From a virus (lineage: Duplodnaviria > Caudoviricetes): 64,000 nt of DNA. Where the stretch lies: IMG/VR virus record IMGVR_UViG_3300032321_001270, positions 128,001 through 192,000 of that record, one strand, 5' to 3'. The translations under genes and the position numbers were made by a program. Positions within the stretch are counted from its first letter, which is position 1. The number at the start of each line of letters is the position of its first letter. Below are positions 1 through 8,558 of this stretch, one piece after another. The notes beneath the pieces were generated by a model. That model saw nothing but the letters and a program-made list of their open reading frames with translations, searched no databases and was not told the DNA's origin.

Positions 1-560
1 TCATACTGCGTTACTGTTTCATTGCCGCAACCCACAGCAGGATTGAAGTCCGGGGCGGCTACAAAACGGTTGGCTACGCGACACGTGACGATAAGCGGGG
101 TTTTGTTATCTTTGCGGCCAATTCTCCGCAACTTTGCTTTCACATAACGATACTGCGCCGTGCTAATACGCGCGTAGCAGAACGGACAAAAATAAGACCT
201 GTTACACGGCCGAAACGTCTTGTCTTTTTTCCAGCGAAAGTACAAGAACGTAGGTCGGCAAAACAGGCAGCGTTGAAACGACAGCGCAAATTGTTTCAGG
301 TTAAAATCCGCTAAGTACGGATTTAACTCGCGACCACTGGGGTACCAAAGGTTTCGTGCCGCAAGATCTTTTAACTTTTGTGCCCAGCGTTTGCGCACCG
401 TGTTCGTGCGCCCGACGACAACCTTGTGTGTTTTGCTACCGTCGACGCCCAAAACAAAATGCTGGGCAAAAATATGCGACATCCTTCGGCCGATTCGCGC
501 AACGCGCCACACACGTAACCGATAGCGCCGCACATATGCCGCAAAGTCAAATACACTCAA
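1..560 (-). CDS. partial Cys-rich hypothetical protein (runs off left end)
   Basis: Manual translation from TTG at 560 (MSVFDFAAYVRRY...) is open to the window edge; contains CLFC and CNRSYFCPFC. Absent from the ORF track because it has no stop in the window. Confidence 0.6.
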   Translation of the reverse strand, partial: MSVFDFAAYVRRYRLRVWRVARIGRRMSHIFAQHFVLGVDGSKTHKVVVGRTNTVRKRWAQKLKDLAARNLWYPSGRELNPYLADFNLKQFALSFQRCLFCRPTFLYFRWKKDKTFRPCNRSYFCPFCYARISTAQYRYVKAKLRRIGRKDNKTPLIVTCRVANRFVAAPDFNPAVGCGNETVTQY

Positions 561-570
561 AGTGAATCTT

Positions 571-840
571 TCATTTTGTCCGCTCCAGCAGCGACCGCAG
601 CGTGGCGGGATCGCCGCATGTCTTGGCGTCAATCAGATCAGCGGCATTCTCAATCGCCTCCCGCTCCTCGTCGGTGAGCGAGGGCTGCGGCTGGCTGTAG
701 AGCGGAACCACCACGCCATTGCAACTCAGTGCAACGTCACCGGCAGTCGCGGCCGATGGGTAGACGAACTCGCAGTCGATCTCTTCGTTGTTGCCGCGCG
801 GCGTCACGGCCCATGCCACAGGCTCGTTTGTGTTGCTCAT
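571..840 (-). CDS. hypothetical protein
   Basis: MSNTNEPVAW start, ATGA overlap with the upstream MazG-like stop. Confidence 0.6.
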   Translation of the reverse strand: MSNTNEPVAWAVTPRGNNEEIDCEFVYPSAATAGDVALSCNGVVVPLYSQPQPSLTDEEREAIENAADLIDAKTCGDPATLRSLLERTK

Positions 841-1145
841 CTTGTCTCCTTCACAAAAATACCTTCTGGGGTTAACGTACCCTTGCGGTCTTTGATCTGC
901 TCGTACGCCATTGCAAGGCAGTATTCGGGTGTGATGCCGTGTAGCGCGCAATACAGAATCAGCGTCACGAGCACGTCGCCCACGCCGTCTACGATTTCCG
1001 TGCGATCGTTTTTAAGCGTCGCATCAGCCAGTTCGCCCAGCTCCGACATTGTCTTCATCAGCTGCGCGGTTGGGTTGCTGTTGGGGATAATCTGCCGATC
1101 CTTTGCCCACTGAATTACATTCTCTTCCAGTTCTTGATACGTCAT
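837..1145 (-). CDS. MazG-like nucleoside triphosphate pyrophosphohydrolase
   Basis: QLMKTMSELGELADA...EIVDGVGDVLVTL matches the EExxE / ExxD MazG-like all-alpha NTP-PPase pattern; typical C-terminal IKDRKG. Confidence 0.85.
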   Translation of the reverse strand: MTYQELEENVIQWAKDRQIIPNSNPTAQLMKTMSELGELADATLKNDRTEIVDGVGDVLVTLILYCALHGITPEYCLAMAYEQIKDRKGTLTPEGIFVKETR

Positions 1146-1371
1146 TCGAGCGTCCTTGTTGTCTAAGGTATTCCATCTGTTGCATTAATGCTTGATCGTG
1201 CAGCGATAGGAGTTCTAGTCCATACTCCTGCAGCTTGTGTTTCAATTTTTCGTATTCGGGGCGGAGGAGATTGAGCAACGCAAGAACGCTACGCATCTCT
1301 TGTGCGTTTAGCTCTCCCATCGCTAGCCGAATGGCCTGCCGGTCGCCGGCCCAAATAGGCTCAAGATTCAT
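1024..1371 (-). CDS. hypothetical protein
   Basis: MNLEPIWAG start; helical composition; the long 3' overlap with the MazG-like gene lowers confidence. Confidence 0.45.
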   Translation of the reverse strand: MNLEPIWAGDRQAIRLAMGELNAQEMRSVLALLNLLRPEYEKLKHKLQEYGLELLSLHDQALMQQMEYLRQQGRSNDVSRTGRECNSVGKGSADYPQQQPNRAADEDNVGAGRTG

Positions 1372-1855
1372 TTGCCGGCTGCGCCTCGTCAGCGGGATCC
1401 AGCGTATCGGGCAGGCTATCAAGCTTAGCCTGCTGTACGCCCATGCGAGCCTTGATCAGCTCCACTGCATGCTCAACGCTCTTGACCTCAATAAAGGGCA
1501 ACGTGGCCTGCAGGTGCTCCCACTTGGTTGGCCCGACGCCGGCGACGTTGATCTCGCCCGGCGCCTGATCAGCAAACTCTTCAAGATGCGCAATCGCGAC
1601 AGCCTCTTCGCGCGACGAGAACACAAGGATTTTGTTATCTATGTCGGAGAAGAATTTGACGCCGGTGTCATCGCAAATCACGTACTTCACCGCCGACTCT
1701 CCGGTATCGATGTAGCTGGCGGCTTTAGCGGCCGGAGCGTAGCTATTGCGGTTGCTCGGCGCGTCTGGGCTGTGGCAAGATTTAAACTTCTTGCCGCTTC
1801 CGCAGGGACACCGGTCGTTACGTTTGATAATGCTATTTTTGCGAATCGTCGTCAT
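1361..1855 (-). CDS. SEC-C (SecA Zn-binding) motif protein
   Basis: RNDRCPCGSGKKFKSCH is a canonical SEC-C motif. Confidence 0.8.
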   Translation of the reverse strand: MTTIRKNSIIKRNDRCPCGSGKKFKSCHSPDAPSNRNSYAPAAKAASYIDTGESAVKYVICDDTGVKFFSDIDNKILVFSSREEAVAIAHLEEFADQAPGEINVAGVGPTKWEHLQATLPFIEVKSVEHAVELIKARMGVQQAKLDSLPDTLDPADEAQPANES

Positions 1856-2126
1856 CGTTGGCCTCCGTGCTGGATACTGGACTCAGCGGCATGATCCGCC
1901 GACCCAAGTTTGGCATTGTCATCTTTTCTATCTTTGGCGCAAGACGAGCATAGTTCTCTTTAAACTGCGCCAACGATAACCCTGTCCGCGGTAGCGCTAT
2001 GTCTAACGTTAATGTCGGGCGCGCGTCCATGTTGTGCAGTGAGACGTTTAAAAGTATGCCGCCAAATAACTCGGCCACCGCATTTTGAAGCACGTGCATC
2101 GTGTCTTCGGGGTCGTCGTAGCTCAC
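1833..2126 (-). CDS. hypothetical protein
   Basis: GTG start in a GTGA overlap with the upstream stop. Confidence 0.55.
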   Translation of the reverse strand: MSYDDPEDTMHVLQNAVAELFGGILLNVSLHNMDARPTLTLDIALPRTGLSLAQFKENYARLAPKIEKMTMPNLGRRIMPLSPVSSTEANDDDDSQK

Positions 2127-2359
2127 AGGTACACCGTTACGGCAGCCGTGGTTTTGATACCCGTCTTGTCGACAACGGCCTGCCCGTGAATAAACGCGCG
2201 CTTGCCGACATAAGTGTCGCCGTTGTATATCACGCACGTATTTTCAGAATTTAGATAGTCAGGCAGAATGACCTTCTGCTTGCCCGCCGCAAGCGCCACC
2301 GTCTGCGGATTCGTTTCGCTGGGCTGCTGCGGAATCGTGACCACACCGGGCGTTGTCAT
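2123..2359 (-). CDS. hypothetical protein
   Basis: AAGGAG SD upstream of the ATG. Confidence 0.6.
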   Translation of the reverse strand: MTTPGVVTIPQQPSETNPQTVALAAGKQKVILPDYLNSENTCVIYNGDTYVGKRAFIHGQAVVDKTGIKTTAAVTVYL

Positions 2360-2787
2360 GGCGGGCTCCTTGGAAAAAGACGTTGTGGCAAACCTTGCCG
2401 ATCGGGCTGGTCAAAAGCGTGTTGAAGTCAAAAGCAGTTTCAGAACGCTCAGGGTGCTTTTTGGATTGCGTGTCCATGATTGGTCTCGCTGGTTGAAGCG
2501 CGGATTATGTTGTCATAATTGCGCCGGATTGCGTGTAAGGGGTAAAACGGTCAAAAAATCGCATCTAAGTAGTTGGCGCTATTGGGTTTGTGAAAACTCA
2601 TTTGAGCAATTTTTGTCCGATTTACTCGGACCTAGTGTAGGTAAACCTACAAGGAGGAAGACATTTTTTTGTGTGTTTTGAAACTGAGATGGATACTGTG
2701 TGATCGGGGGCTGTTTCAATAGGGTTTGGGATTTTGGGTAATTTGTGGTTACAGCCTGCTCAGTTTTGGATATCAAAAAAAGAGAAT

Positions 2788-2820
2788 GCGTAGGGGCGGG
2801 TTTTTAGCCCGCCCCTACGC
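2788..2820 (-). terminator. rho-independent terminator
   Basis: Perfect 13-bp inverted repeat GCGTAGGGGCGGG / CCCGCCCCTACGC, followed on the minus strand by ATTCTCTTTTTT, 21 nt after the 2842 stop. Confidence 0.8.
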
Positions 2821-2841
2821 GTAAAACAACAGTGTTGATCG

Positions 2842-3963
2842 TCAGCGTGTTATTCCTGCTGCACGTCGCTGGATTGGGACTGGCAGCGGGAAGCTGCCGT
2901 CGTGGTTGAGTGCCCGGATACGTCGGGACGTTGCTTCTTTGTGCTGCGCTACGTTGTTCCACGTGCGGATACACATCGCAAGCATGTCAATGCCTTCGAT
3001 CCGCGAGCCGTTTGGGCGGCTCTTATCTCGGATGATCTGCTCACGCAGCTGGTGCACCGGAGACTTCTCGTCAATGTTGGCACCCAGCGCTAGTCCGCGC
3101 ACAAAGCCGTTTGCCGCGGAGGTAGACTGGATTTCTGCGATGATGGCATGCACCGTAGCAATAACCGCCAAGGAAATCAGCGCTCGCGTCGTCGGGATGC
3201 CAAGGCCACTGCAGTATTCAACGGACGTCTGCAGCTGCGGAGACATCTGGAACAGTTCGAGGACGCGGTTGTTCGGCAACCGGTCACGCATGTTTTCCAT
3301 GTAGAACGGATTATCCGGCTCCAGTTCCTGCGTCAGATTTGCGTACTGCGTTTGCAACCGGATTGCGTGGCTCCAGACGCTCTCGTTGATATCCATCAGA
3401 TCAACTGCCGCCAAGCGCGCGCCAACATAAAGCGTGTCCTTGGTCGTGCGCTGGCGGCCGCAATCGAACGTGTCGAACACGCTCGGGTGCAGGCCAATGA
3501 TCGGAATCGACAGCAGGGGAGATACGAGCGTGTTGTTCGCTCTGCCGATTGCAAACGCGTTGATCACGCTTTGCAGCGTGTGCTGCTTATCCAGCAGCGC
3601 CGTGTTCGAAAACGGCAGCGTCGACGACAACCCGTTGAAACACCACTCGCCCTGCAAAATTGTCTGCGTCAGTTCGCGGACGTTGTTCTTGCTGGGCTTG
3701 CGGTTTACCGTGTTGTACGTCAGCAGCGCTTCGGCCACAACGTCGTCGATGACGATGGGCACAAAGGTATCAAAACGCTGCGGACTTCGCCGCGGATCGT
3801 TATCGGCCAGCGTGCGTCCTTCCGCGTCGACCGTCGGGCCGGGAATGGTAGCAGGCAACGTTCGCTTGGCCGGATCGCGCTGCTCGTGCAAGAGCATTTC
3901 CATCGCGAGCTGGTTCTGGTTATCGGGATAGGGCCAAAAACGTGTCTGTTCGTTCCTTGCCAT
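2842..3963 (-). CDS. ParB/Srx-like (DGQHR-type) domain protein
   Basis: NRKPSKNNVRELTQTILQGEWCFNG...LLDKQHTL...FDCGRQRT parallels the phage ParB-like NRxxS...W..NG...LDGQHRL...D.G..RT pattern; AAGGAG SD. Confidence 0.7.
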   Translation of the reverse strand: MARNEQTRFWPYPDNQNQLAMEMLLHEQRDPAKRTLPATIPGPTVDAEGRTLADNDPRRSPQRFDTFVPIVIDDVVAEALLTYNTVNRKPSKNNVRELTQTILQGEWCFNGLSSTLPFSNTALLDKQHTLQSVINAFAIGRANNTLVSPLLSIPIIGLHPSVFDTFDCGRQRTTKDTLYVGARLAAVDLMDINESVWSHAIRLQTQYANLTQELEPDNPFYMENMRDRLPNNRVLELFQMSPQLQTSVEYCSGLGIPTTRALISLAVIATVHAIIAEIQSTSAANGFVRGLALGANIDEKSPVHQLREQIIRDKSRPNGSRIEGIDMLAMCIRTWNNVAQHKEATSRRIRALNHDGSFPLPVPIQRRAAGITR

Positions 3964-3968
3964 TTTAT

Positions 3969-4310
3969 TTACTCCTTGGGTGACGAAACCGACTTGGGTA
4001 TCGGGATGAACGCAGACGCAATGACGCGCAGCTGCTGTCCATCAATTTCAACGGGTACAAGTTCGTCGTCGATAAGTTGACGCACGACTCTTGGGCCGCG
4101 TGTGTTTCCGCACAGAATGCTTTTTCCTGTGCTACTGGGTTTACGTTTGTCTTTGCCGATCAGCGGAATGCGCAACACAATGACGTCGTCTTCGAGTGTT
4201 GCGACAATCGTGCCAATCGGGCTTTTGCTCGGCATCTTACGTTCTTTGCCGCGCTTCACTGTGGGCTTTAACGAAATTTTTTCCACAAAGCACACTAACT
4301 GGTTAGGCAA
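3969..4310 (-). CDS. hypothetical basic protein
   Basis: ORF track; SSTGKSILCGNTRG resembles a small phage family. Confidence 0.6.
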   Translation of the reverse strand: MPNQLVCFVEKISLKPTVKRGKERKMPSKSPIGTIVATLEDDVIVLRIPLIGKDKRKPSSTGKSILCGNTRGPRVVRQLIDDELVPVEIDGQQLRVIASAFIPIPKSVSSPKE

Positions 4311-4632
4311 CTACTTCCGGTTCGTTGCTGGGTTTGGATTCTTCGGGCACTTCATACTCCGGTAGCATGTCGTACAGCCCCATCTCCATATCAAGGATCA
4401 GGCGGTCTGGTACGTCTGGCCCGCAGTAAATCATGCAGCGCATGTGCGGGTCGGCCGGCTTTCCGGCAATGTGCTCGTGGACCATGGCCCACGTAATAAC
4501 ATAGAACCGCCCGTCAGGCAGGCTGTTGACCAGATCCTGCGGCAGCGAGCGGTTGTAGTGCAGCACATCGCGCGAAAGGTGATTAATACGGTTGAGATAT
4601 TCTTTGTCGAGATATTTGTATTTTTGGGCCAC
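4303..4632 (-). CDS. hypothetical protein
   Basis: ORF track, operon packing. Confidence 0.65.
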   Translation of the reverse strand: MAQKYKYLDKEYLNRINHLSRDVLHYNRSLPQDLVNSLPDGRFYVITWAMVHEHIAGKPADPHMRCMIYCGPDVPDRLILDMEMGLYDMLPEYEVPEESKPSNEPEVVA

Positions 4633-4770
4633 TCAAACCTCGGTGTAGGCGACGCTCGAACCTTCGCCGTATTTTTTCACGGCTTTCTTTTCGGCTGCGT
4701 TGTGGCTGCCGGCTTTGATCAGCTCGGGCATTTCATTGCCCTTGGGGTCATACACGATGTACGTTTTCAT
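4633..4770 (-). CDS. small hypothetical protein (45 aa, MKTYIVYDPKG...)
   Basis: Manual translation; fills the gap, with an ATGA overlap on the upstream stop. Confidence 0.6.
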   Translation of the reverse strand: MKTYIVYDPKGNEMPELIKAGSHNAAEKKAVKKYGEGSSVAYTEV

Positions 4771-5030
4771 CGCTGTCTTGCCTGCTGGGCGTTGTGAAAC
4801 TTGATGATGGCGTCGGCAGCTTGGGTGGCTTCTTTGTCGCTATAGCCCTCCAGCTTGACGCGCTCCTTGGCGTACCGGTGCTCAAACGAACTCCGGGCGG
4901 GTTCAGGATTGAAATTGGCGCGATGCTCGCTGACTTTGCCAGAGAACATCATCGAAAACATCGTCCCCAGAACAAGGACAACAAAAAACACGGGCCAGAT
5001 ACTGCCATTGTTATTTTGTGTGTTGCTCAT
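4767..5030 (-). CDS. single-pass membrane protein
   Basis: Hydrophobic IWPVFFVVLVLGTMFSMMF segment. Confidence 0.65.
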   Translation of the reverse strand: MSNTQNNNGSIWPVFFVVLVLGTMFSMMFSGKVSEHRANFNPEPARSSFEHRYAKERVKLEGYSDKEATQAADAIIKFHNAQQARQR

Positions 5031-5302
5031 ACTTTGATCCTATTGTTGTGAATAGCCTCGACGGCTTTGGTTAGCTCTTGTATACGCTCGTGATCTTCAA
5101 ACATTCCGTCGCCTTCAGGCTGCGATTCATATACCGTGTCGCCGCCGCAATCTGGGACGTCGGCGCGAAAGTACCCGTGCCGAAGGCGCAGATACCCGAC
5201 CATCTCATTGTTGTCGTCGAAAACGTCATACTGCTCGGGGCACGCGAGGCTTGTCATCTTTAATGTGTATCCGTTGATCACAAGGTCGGCGCGGCTAATC
5301 AT
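5027..5302 (-). CDS. conserved phage hypothetical protein
   Basis: ACPEQYDVF...GYLRLRHG motif typical of a widespread phage family. Confidence 0.75.
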   Translation of the reverse strand: MISRADLVINGYTLKMTSLACPEQYDVFDDNNEMVGYLRLRHGYFRADVPDCGGDTVYESQPEGDGMFEDHERIQELTKAVEAIHNNRIKV

Positions 5303-5543
5303 CTGGGTGCACTCCGGTGATGTTGGGAAACTGGGCGCGAAACTGCCTGCCCGTCCAGAAAATATCTAAATCGCCGTCGGCTGCGCGTTCCATGTCGGAC
5401 TCCATCGGGTAATGGCGCAATACGCGCAACGCCCGCTGCCGAATTTCTTTTGGCACTTTTGGCGTTTTCTTGGGGTCCAATAGGTCGTAGAGAAATTCTC
5501 GTGCGTATCGCACAGCGCGAAAGCGCTCGTCTGGCATTGTCAT
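5295..5543 (-). CDS. BPSL0761-like protein
   Basis: MTMPDERFRAV...RALRVLRHYP signature. Confidence 0.7.
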   Translation of the reverse strand: MTMPDERFRAVRYAREFLYDLLDPKKTPKVPKEIRQRALRVLRHYPMESDMERAADGDLDIFWTGRQFRAQFPNITGVHPDD

Positions 5544-5553
5544 AGGTGCCCTT

Positions 5554-5889
5554 TCAATCGCGTAAATAACCGCCGGTACGTGCATCGTACGTGTACGACG
5601 GTATCTGCCAAGATTCGCGTTTCTGGCCGCAGTACCGCTGGTCGGCTTCTTTGGCTGACCAGCCGGCACGCGTTTCGGCCATGAGTTGTTCCAGCTCTTC
5701 TGGTGTGGGGTCAATGATCCGAGTTTTGCCGTTGTTGCCGTTTTCACGCGGCGGTAGCTTGTGTTGTTTTACAAGCCGGCGCAAATACGAATCACTAACA
5801 CCCAGCTGGATACAGATATCTTTGGTGTTAATTTCACTGCGCCAAAGTTTAAACAGCGTCGGAATCGGTACTTTCTTTCGCTGAGCCAT
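5554..5889 (-). CDS. putative HTH DNA-binding protein
   Basis: TKDICIQLGVSDSYLRRLVKQHKLP is HTH-like; followed by a DPTPEEL motif. Confidence 0.6.
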   Translation of the reverse strand: MAQRKKVPIPTLFKLWRSEINTKDICIQLGVSDSYLRRLVKQHKLPPRENGNNGKTRIIDPTPEELEQLMAETRAGWSAKEADQRYCGQKRESWQIPSYTYDARTGGYLRD

Positions 5890-6337
5890 CCGTGGTCTCC
5901 TCTGGTTCGTTTTCCAGCTCGTCTCCTGTGCGGCTCTGTATAGGCGTGTAACCGTGTTTTTCTGCTTTTGCCGGCGAGAGTGTTCGCAGCCAGAATCCTG
6001 TTGAACACAGCTGTCCGCGGTCGCCGGTGAGTTCACAGACCTTGTACGACAGGGCCTCGGCCATGGTGCATACAGCGCGTGTAAAATCGTCGCCGCCGTA
6101 ATGGTACAACCGCAGCCCGCCAAACTTCTCTTTAATTTGACTAAACCGAAACGGCGGTGTTTCTGGCGCGTACTCCATGTGATTTTGAATCACTTGGCAG
6201 GCTGTGTAGATCAAGTCAAACCAGCCGTCGTCGCAATCGCAGCCAAAACAGATCAGTGTTTCAGTGGGCGGTTTGTTGCGATCTCCAAATAGCTCTGGAA
6301 ACTTTGTGACCAATTGCTGCTCAAGTTCTTCTCTCAT
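5849..6337 (-). CDS. conserved phage hypothetical protein
   Basis: GW..LI...QIKEKFGGLRLY...CELTG signature. Confidence 0.75.
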   Translation of the reverse strand: MREELEQQLVTKFPELFGDRNKPPTETLICFGCDCDDGWFDLIYTACQVIQNHMEYAPETPPFRFSQIKEKFGGLRLYHYGGDDFTRAVCTMAEALSYKVCELTGDRGQLCSTGFWLRTLSPAKAEKHGYTPIQSRTGDELENEPEETTDGSAKESTDSDAV

Positions 6338-6632
6338 TTTTTCCGTCCTTGGGGGAGCGTTTCTTTGTTTTCTTTTTCGGCTTGTTCACCGTTTTTTCAA
6401 ACTTTTGCAATAACGCGTGTAGGGCGTCATGCACGTCAAATGTTTTATCTAGTTCGTCAAACGCGGCTGGCTCAGGAAGATACGGATCTTCGGTGCATTC
6501 TTTGAGGCTGGCGTTGTATTCGCGAATCAGCTCAATTTTGCGAGCCCCAAGGGCTGTGTTAACAACGCGCAGAGTTTCGTATACAAATTGCGCTTCTTGC
6601 GCTGTGAGTTTCATATTATTCAGCCATCGCAA
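6321..6632 (-). CDS. hypothetical protein
   Basis: ORF track, operon packing. Confidence 0.55.
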   Translation of the reverse strand: MRWLNNMKLTAQEAQFVYETLRVVNTALGARKIELIREYNASLKECTEDPYLPEPAAFDELDKTFDVHDALHALLQKFEKTVNKPKKKTKKRSPKDGKNERRT

Positions 6633-7140
6633 CGACTCTCCGTTTGGTTTTTCTCGACCCCAGCGCCACTGGTTCGACGTGCTTGAGCAATGACCCCGGA
6701 ATCAAAGCGGCCATGTGCCGCAGGAACGTCTGCTCAAATTCGACTTTGGTTAGGTTGTCGTAGCAGCCTGTGCCGTTTTTGTGGTATACCATGTCGCCCT
6801 TGTAGCGCAGCTGGCCTTCTTTGTCTATCAGGCACTTCCACTTCGCAAGGCAGCCGCTGCTGCGGCTCCAGACTTCTAGGCCGACAATCACGTCGTTTTT
6901 GCGGATGTACTTGCCGCATTTGCTGACGGGGATCTCTAGCTCTTCAAAGTCCTGATCGTAGTGCGTGACAATGATATCTTTGGCGCTGTCCCACACACCC
7001 GGAATGCACGTGTCCATGAAGGCCGTGTGCCGTCGGGCGATTACGTCATCTTTCTTCTTTTCTTTAGCCAGCAGTTCTTCGCAAATGGCGCGCTGGCTGG
7101 CCACGATCAATCCAAGCAGTTCATGATTTTGTTGTTCCAT
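6616..7140 (-). CDS. hypothetical protein
   Basis: ORF track; AAGGA SD. Confidence 0.65.
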   Translation of the reverse strand: MEQQNHELLGLIVASQRAICEELLAKEKKKDDVIARRHTAFMDTCIPGVWDSAKDIIVTHYDQDFEELEIPVSKCGKYIRKNDVIVGLEVWSRSSGCLAKWKCLIDKEGQLRYKGDMVYHKNGTGCYDNLTKVEFEQTFLRHMAALIPGSLLKHVEPVALGSRKTKRRVVAMAE

Positions 7141-7390
7141 GGTCGTCCTTTACGACATCCCACCCGATGTGTTTGAATACTTTTTTGGTGGCTTCAAAGT
7201 CTGCGTCGTCATCTTCTCCGGGCGCGATGAGCACAAGCCGCTTGGTTTTGTGCTCTACACGAAATATGGTGTGTGAGCGCGGAATGCCCCACACACCACC
7301 ATCGGCAATGATGCGCACGATGTTCTGGCACCACTCTAAAACTTCAGGCGCCGGATGATCCAGCTCAAAGCCGTTATTTAGCGCTACCAC
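7121..7390 (-). CDS. hypothetical protein
   Basis: GTG start with AGGAG SD; WGIPRS motif. Confidence 0.6.
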   Translation of the reverse strand: MVALNNGFELDHPAPEVLEWCQNIVRIIADGGVWGIPRSHTIFRVEHKTKRLVLIAPGEDDDADFEATKKVFKHIGWDVVKDDHGTTKS

Positions 7391-7871
7391 GTTTTCTCTC
7401 CTTGGCGGTGGCAACAGCTGTCGCGCGGAGATAGTCGCCCACCAGCAAGTCATGCCCAACTTCAAGGCTGGCAAACTGCCGAAGCGTGTCTTCCATATAA
7501 TCGTTGTCCATGGCAAGCACGTCGGGCCACGAAGCTGCTTCTTCGGCGTACAGCTGATCTGCGCCGTTTTCTTTGTACAGCCGGATGACCTCGTTGCAGT
7601 AAAACTTTTCTGCTTCGGGGCCGTGTAGAATCTTGGCTTCCACGGCGCTTTCTTCAGTATCGTCTTCGTCGTCGTAGGCTTCGGCGAGCCGGATCGAACA
7701 CAGGCAGCCAGAAAGCTGCGCAATGATCGTGGCTGTCATGTTGTCGGTTTGCTCGCCGCAAAAGCTACTCGCGAACGCGCGCAGCAGCAGCGTTTCCAAC
7801 ATGTCAGCGGTTACCGGCTCTTTGTTTGCGATCATGTACCGCAACCGCAGATCTTCTTTTTCAGCCATCAC
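7374..7871 (-). CDS. acidic hypothetical protein
   Basis: ORF track; GGAGG SD. Confidence 0.65.
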   Translation of the reverse strand: MMAEKEDLRLRYMIANKEPVTADMLETLLLRAFASSFCGEQTDNMTATIIAQLSGCLCSIRLAEAYDDEDDTEESAVEAKILHGPEAEKFYCNEVIRLYKENGADQLYAEEAASWPDVLAMDNDYMEDTLRQFASLEVGHDLLVGDYLRATAVATAKERKRGSAK

Positions 7872-8239
7872 GCCTCCGTTGGCACTGGGCCATCAAAGTG
7901 GTCAAAAATTGATTTCTTCCAAACCTCGGCCTGAAACCCGCGGCCGAACTTCGGCTCGGCTTCAATCTTGAGGTCGCGAACCATGCCGGACAGCACGTTG
8001 TAGCCGTAGACGCCGCGCATCTGGTTCACCGGCATTCCGGTTTTGTTATCAAAGATCGTCGACTTCGGGTTGCTGAAGTCGCTCTCAAACGTTTCGGTGA
8101 ACCGGTCCACGAGTGCCTGCGGCACTCCAACCTCGGAAAGCGCCGCCGGGTCAAAAATCCCGTGGCCGTCGCAAAGCTCCGCTGCGGCTTTGACGACCGC
8201 GGGCGGTACGTCGCTCCAGAGCATGTCAATGCTGGTCAT
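7868..8239 (-). CDS. hypothetical protein
   Basis: ORF track; ATGA overlap. Confidence 0.7.
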   Translation of the reverse strand: MTSIDMLWSDVPPAVVKAAAELCDGHGIFDPAALSEVGVPQALVDRFTETFESDFSNPKSTIFDNKTGMPVNQMRGVYGYNVLSGMVRDLKIEAEPKFGRGFQAEVWKKSIFDHFDGPVPTEA

Positions 8240-8487
8240 TCGTCTGTCTCCTCTTCTTGGTTGTCGTCGTAGTTTGCCTCGTCGGCCTCGTCAAGCCCCT
8301 CGTAGTCAAGGATGCAGTTGGCGCACACAAGCCGGTTGATCCACCGGTGGCTGTCGTTGACCTCGATCTGCTCGCCGCAACCGGCGCACGGAATAATCGT
8401 ATCACTGAGGTATTCGAGCAGTTTTTCTTCGTCGTGCAGCGCGTTGGTCAGCGCGCGATTGATGTCTGTGTCTTCAGCAGTGCTCAT
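8236..8487 (-). CDS. small Zn-ribbon protein
   Basis: CAGC...CANC; AAGGAG SD. Confidence 0.7.
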   Translation of the reverse strand: MSTAEDTDINRALTNALHDEEKLLEYLSDTIIPCAGCGEQIEVNDSHRWINRLVCANCILDYEGLDEADEANYDDNQEEETDE

Positions 8488-8498
8488 TGCTTTCTCCT

Positions 8499-8554
8499 TA
8501 AATGAAACCCGGGCGGTAGTTGTAGTGGCTACCGCCCGGGTGGGGATTCATTTA
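8499..8554 (-). terminator. terminator-like hairpin
   Basis: Perfect 13-bp IR 8507-8519 / 8529-8541 plus an outer 8-bp IR TAAATGAA / TTCATTTA; followed by TTCATTT on the minus strand. Confidence 0.65.
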
Positions 8555-8558
8555 GATA

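Noticed and set aside
300-327. Near-perfect inverted repeat
   Set aside because: It lies inside the partial ORF 1-560, has a bulge and has no U-tract.
2579-2776. 65-aa minus ORF and a plus-strand AAGGAGG at 2651
   Set aside because: The ORF has a TTG start and no SD; the plus-strand motif leads only to a 10-codon frame at poor spacing.
2789-2819. GTAG-family REP element (GTAGGGGCGGG...CCCGCCCCTAC)
   Set aside because: Only one copy and no RAYT transposase in the window; a terminator explains it.
3148-4080. Long plus-strand ORFs here and at 1235-1894, 8649-9242, 9989-10657 and 19533-20405
   Set aside because: Each lies fully antisense to a recognisable minus-strand gene and has atypical composition.
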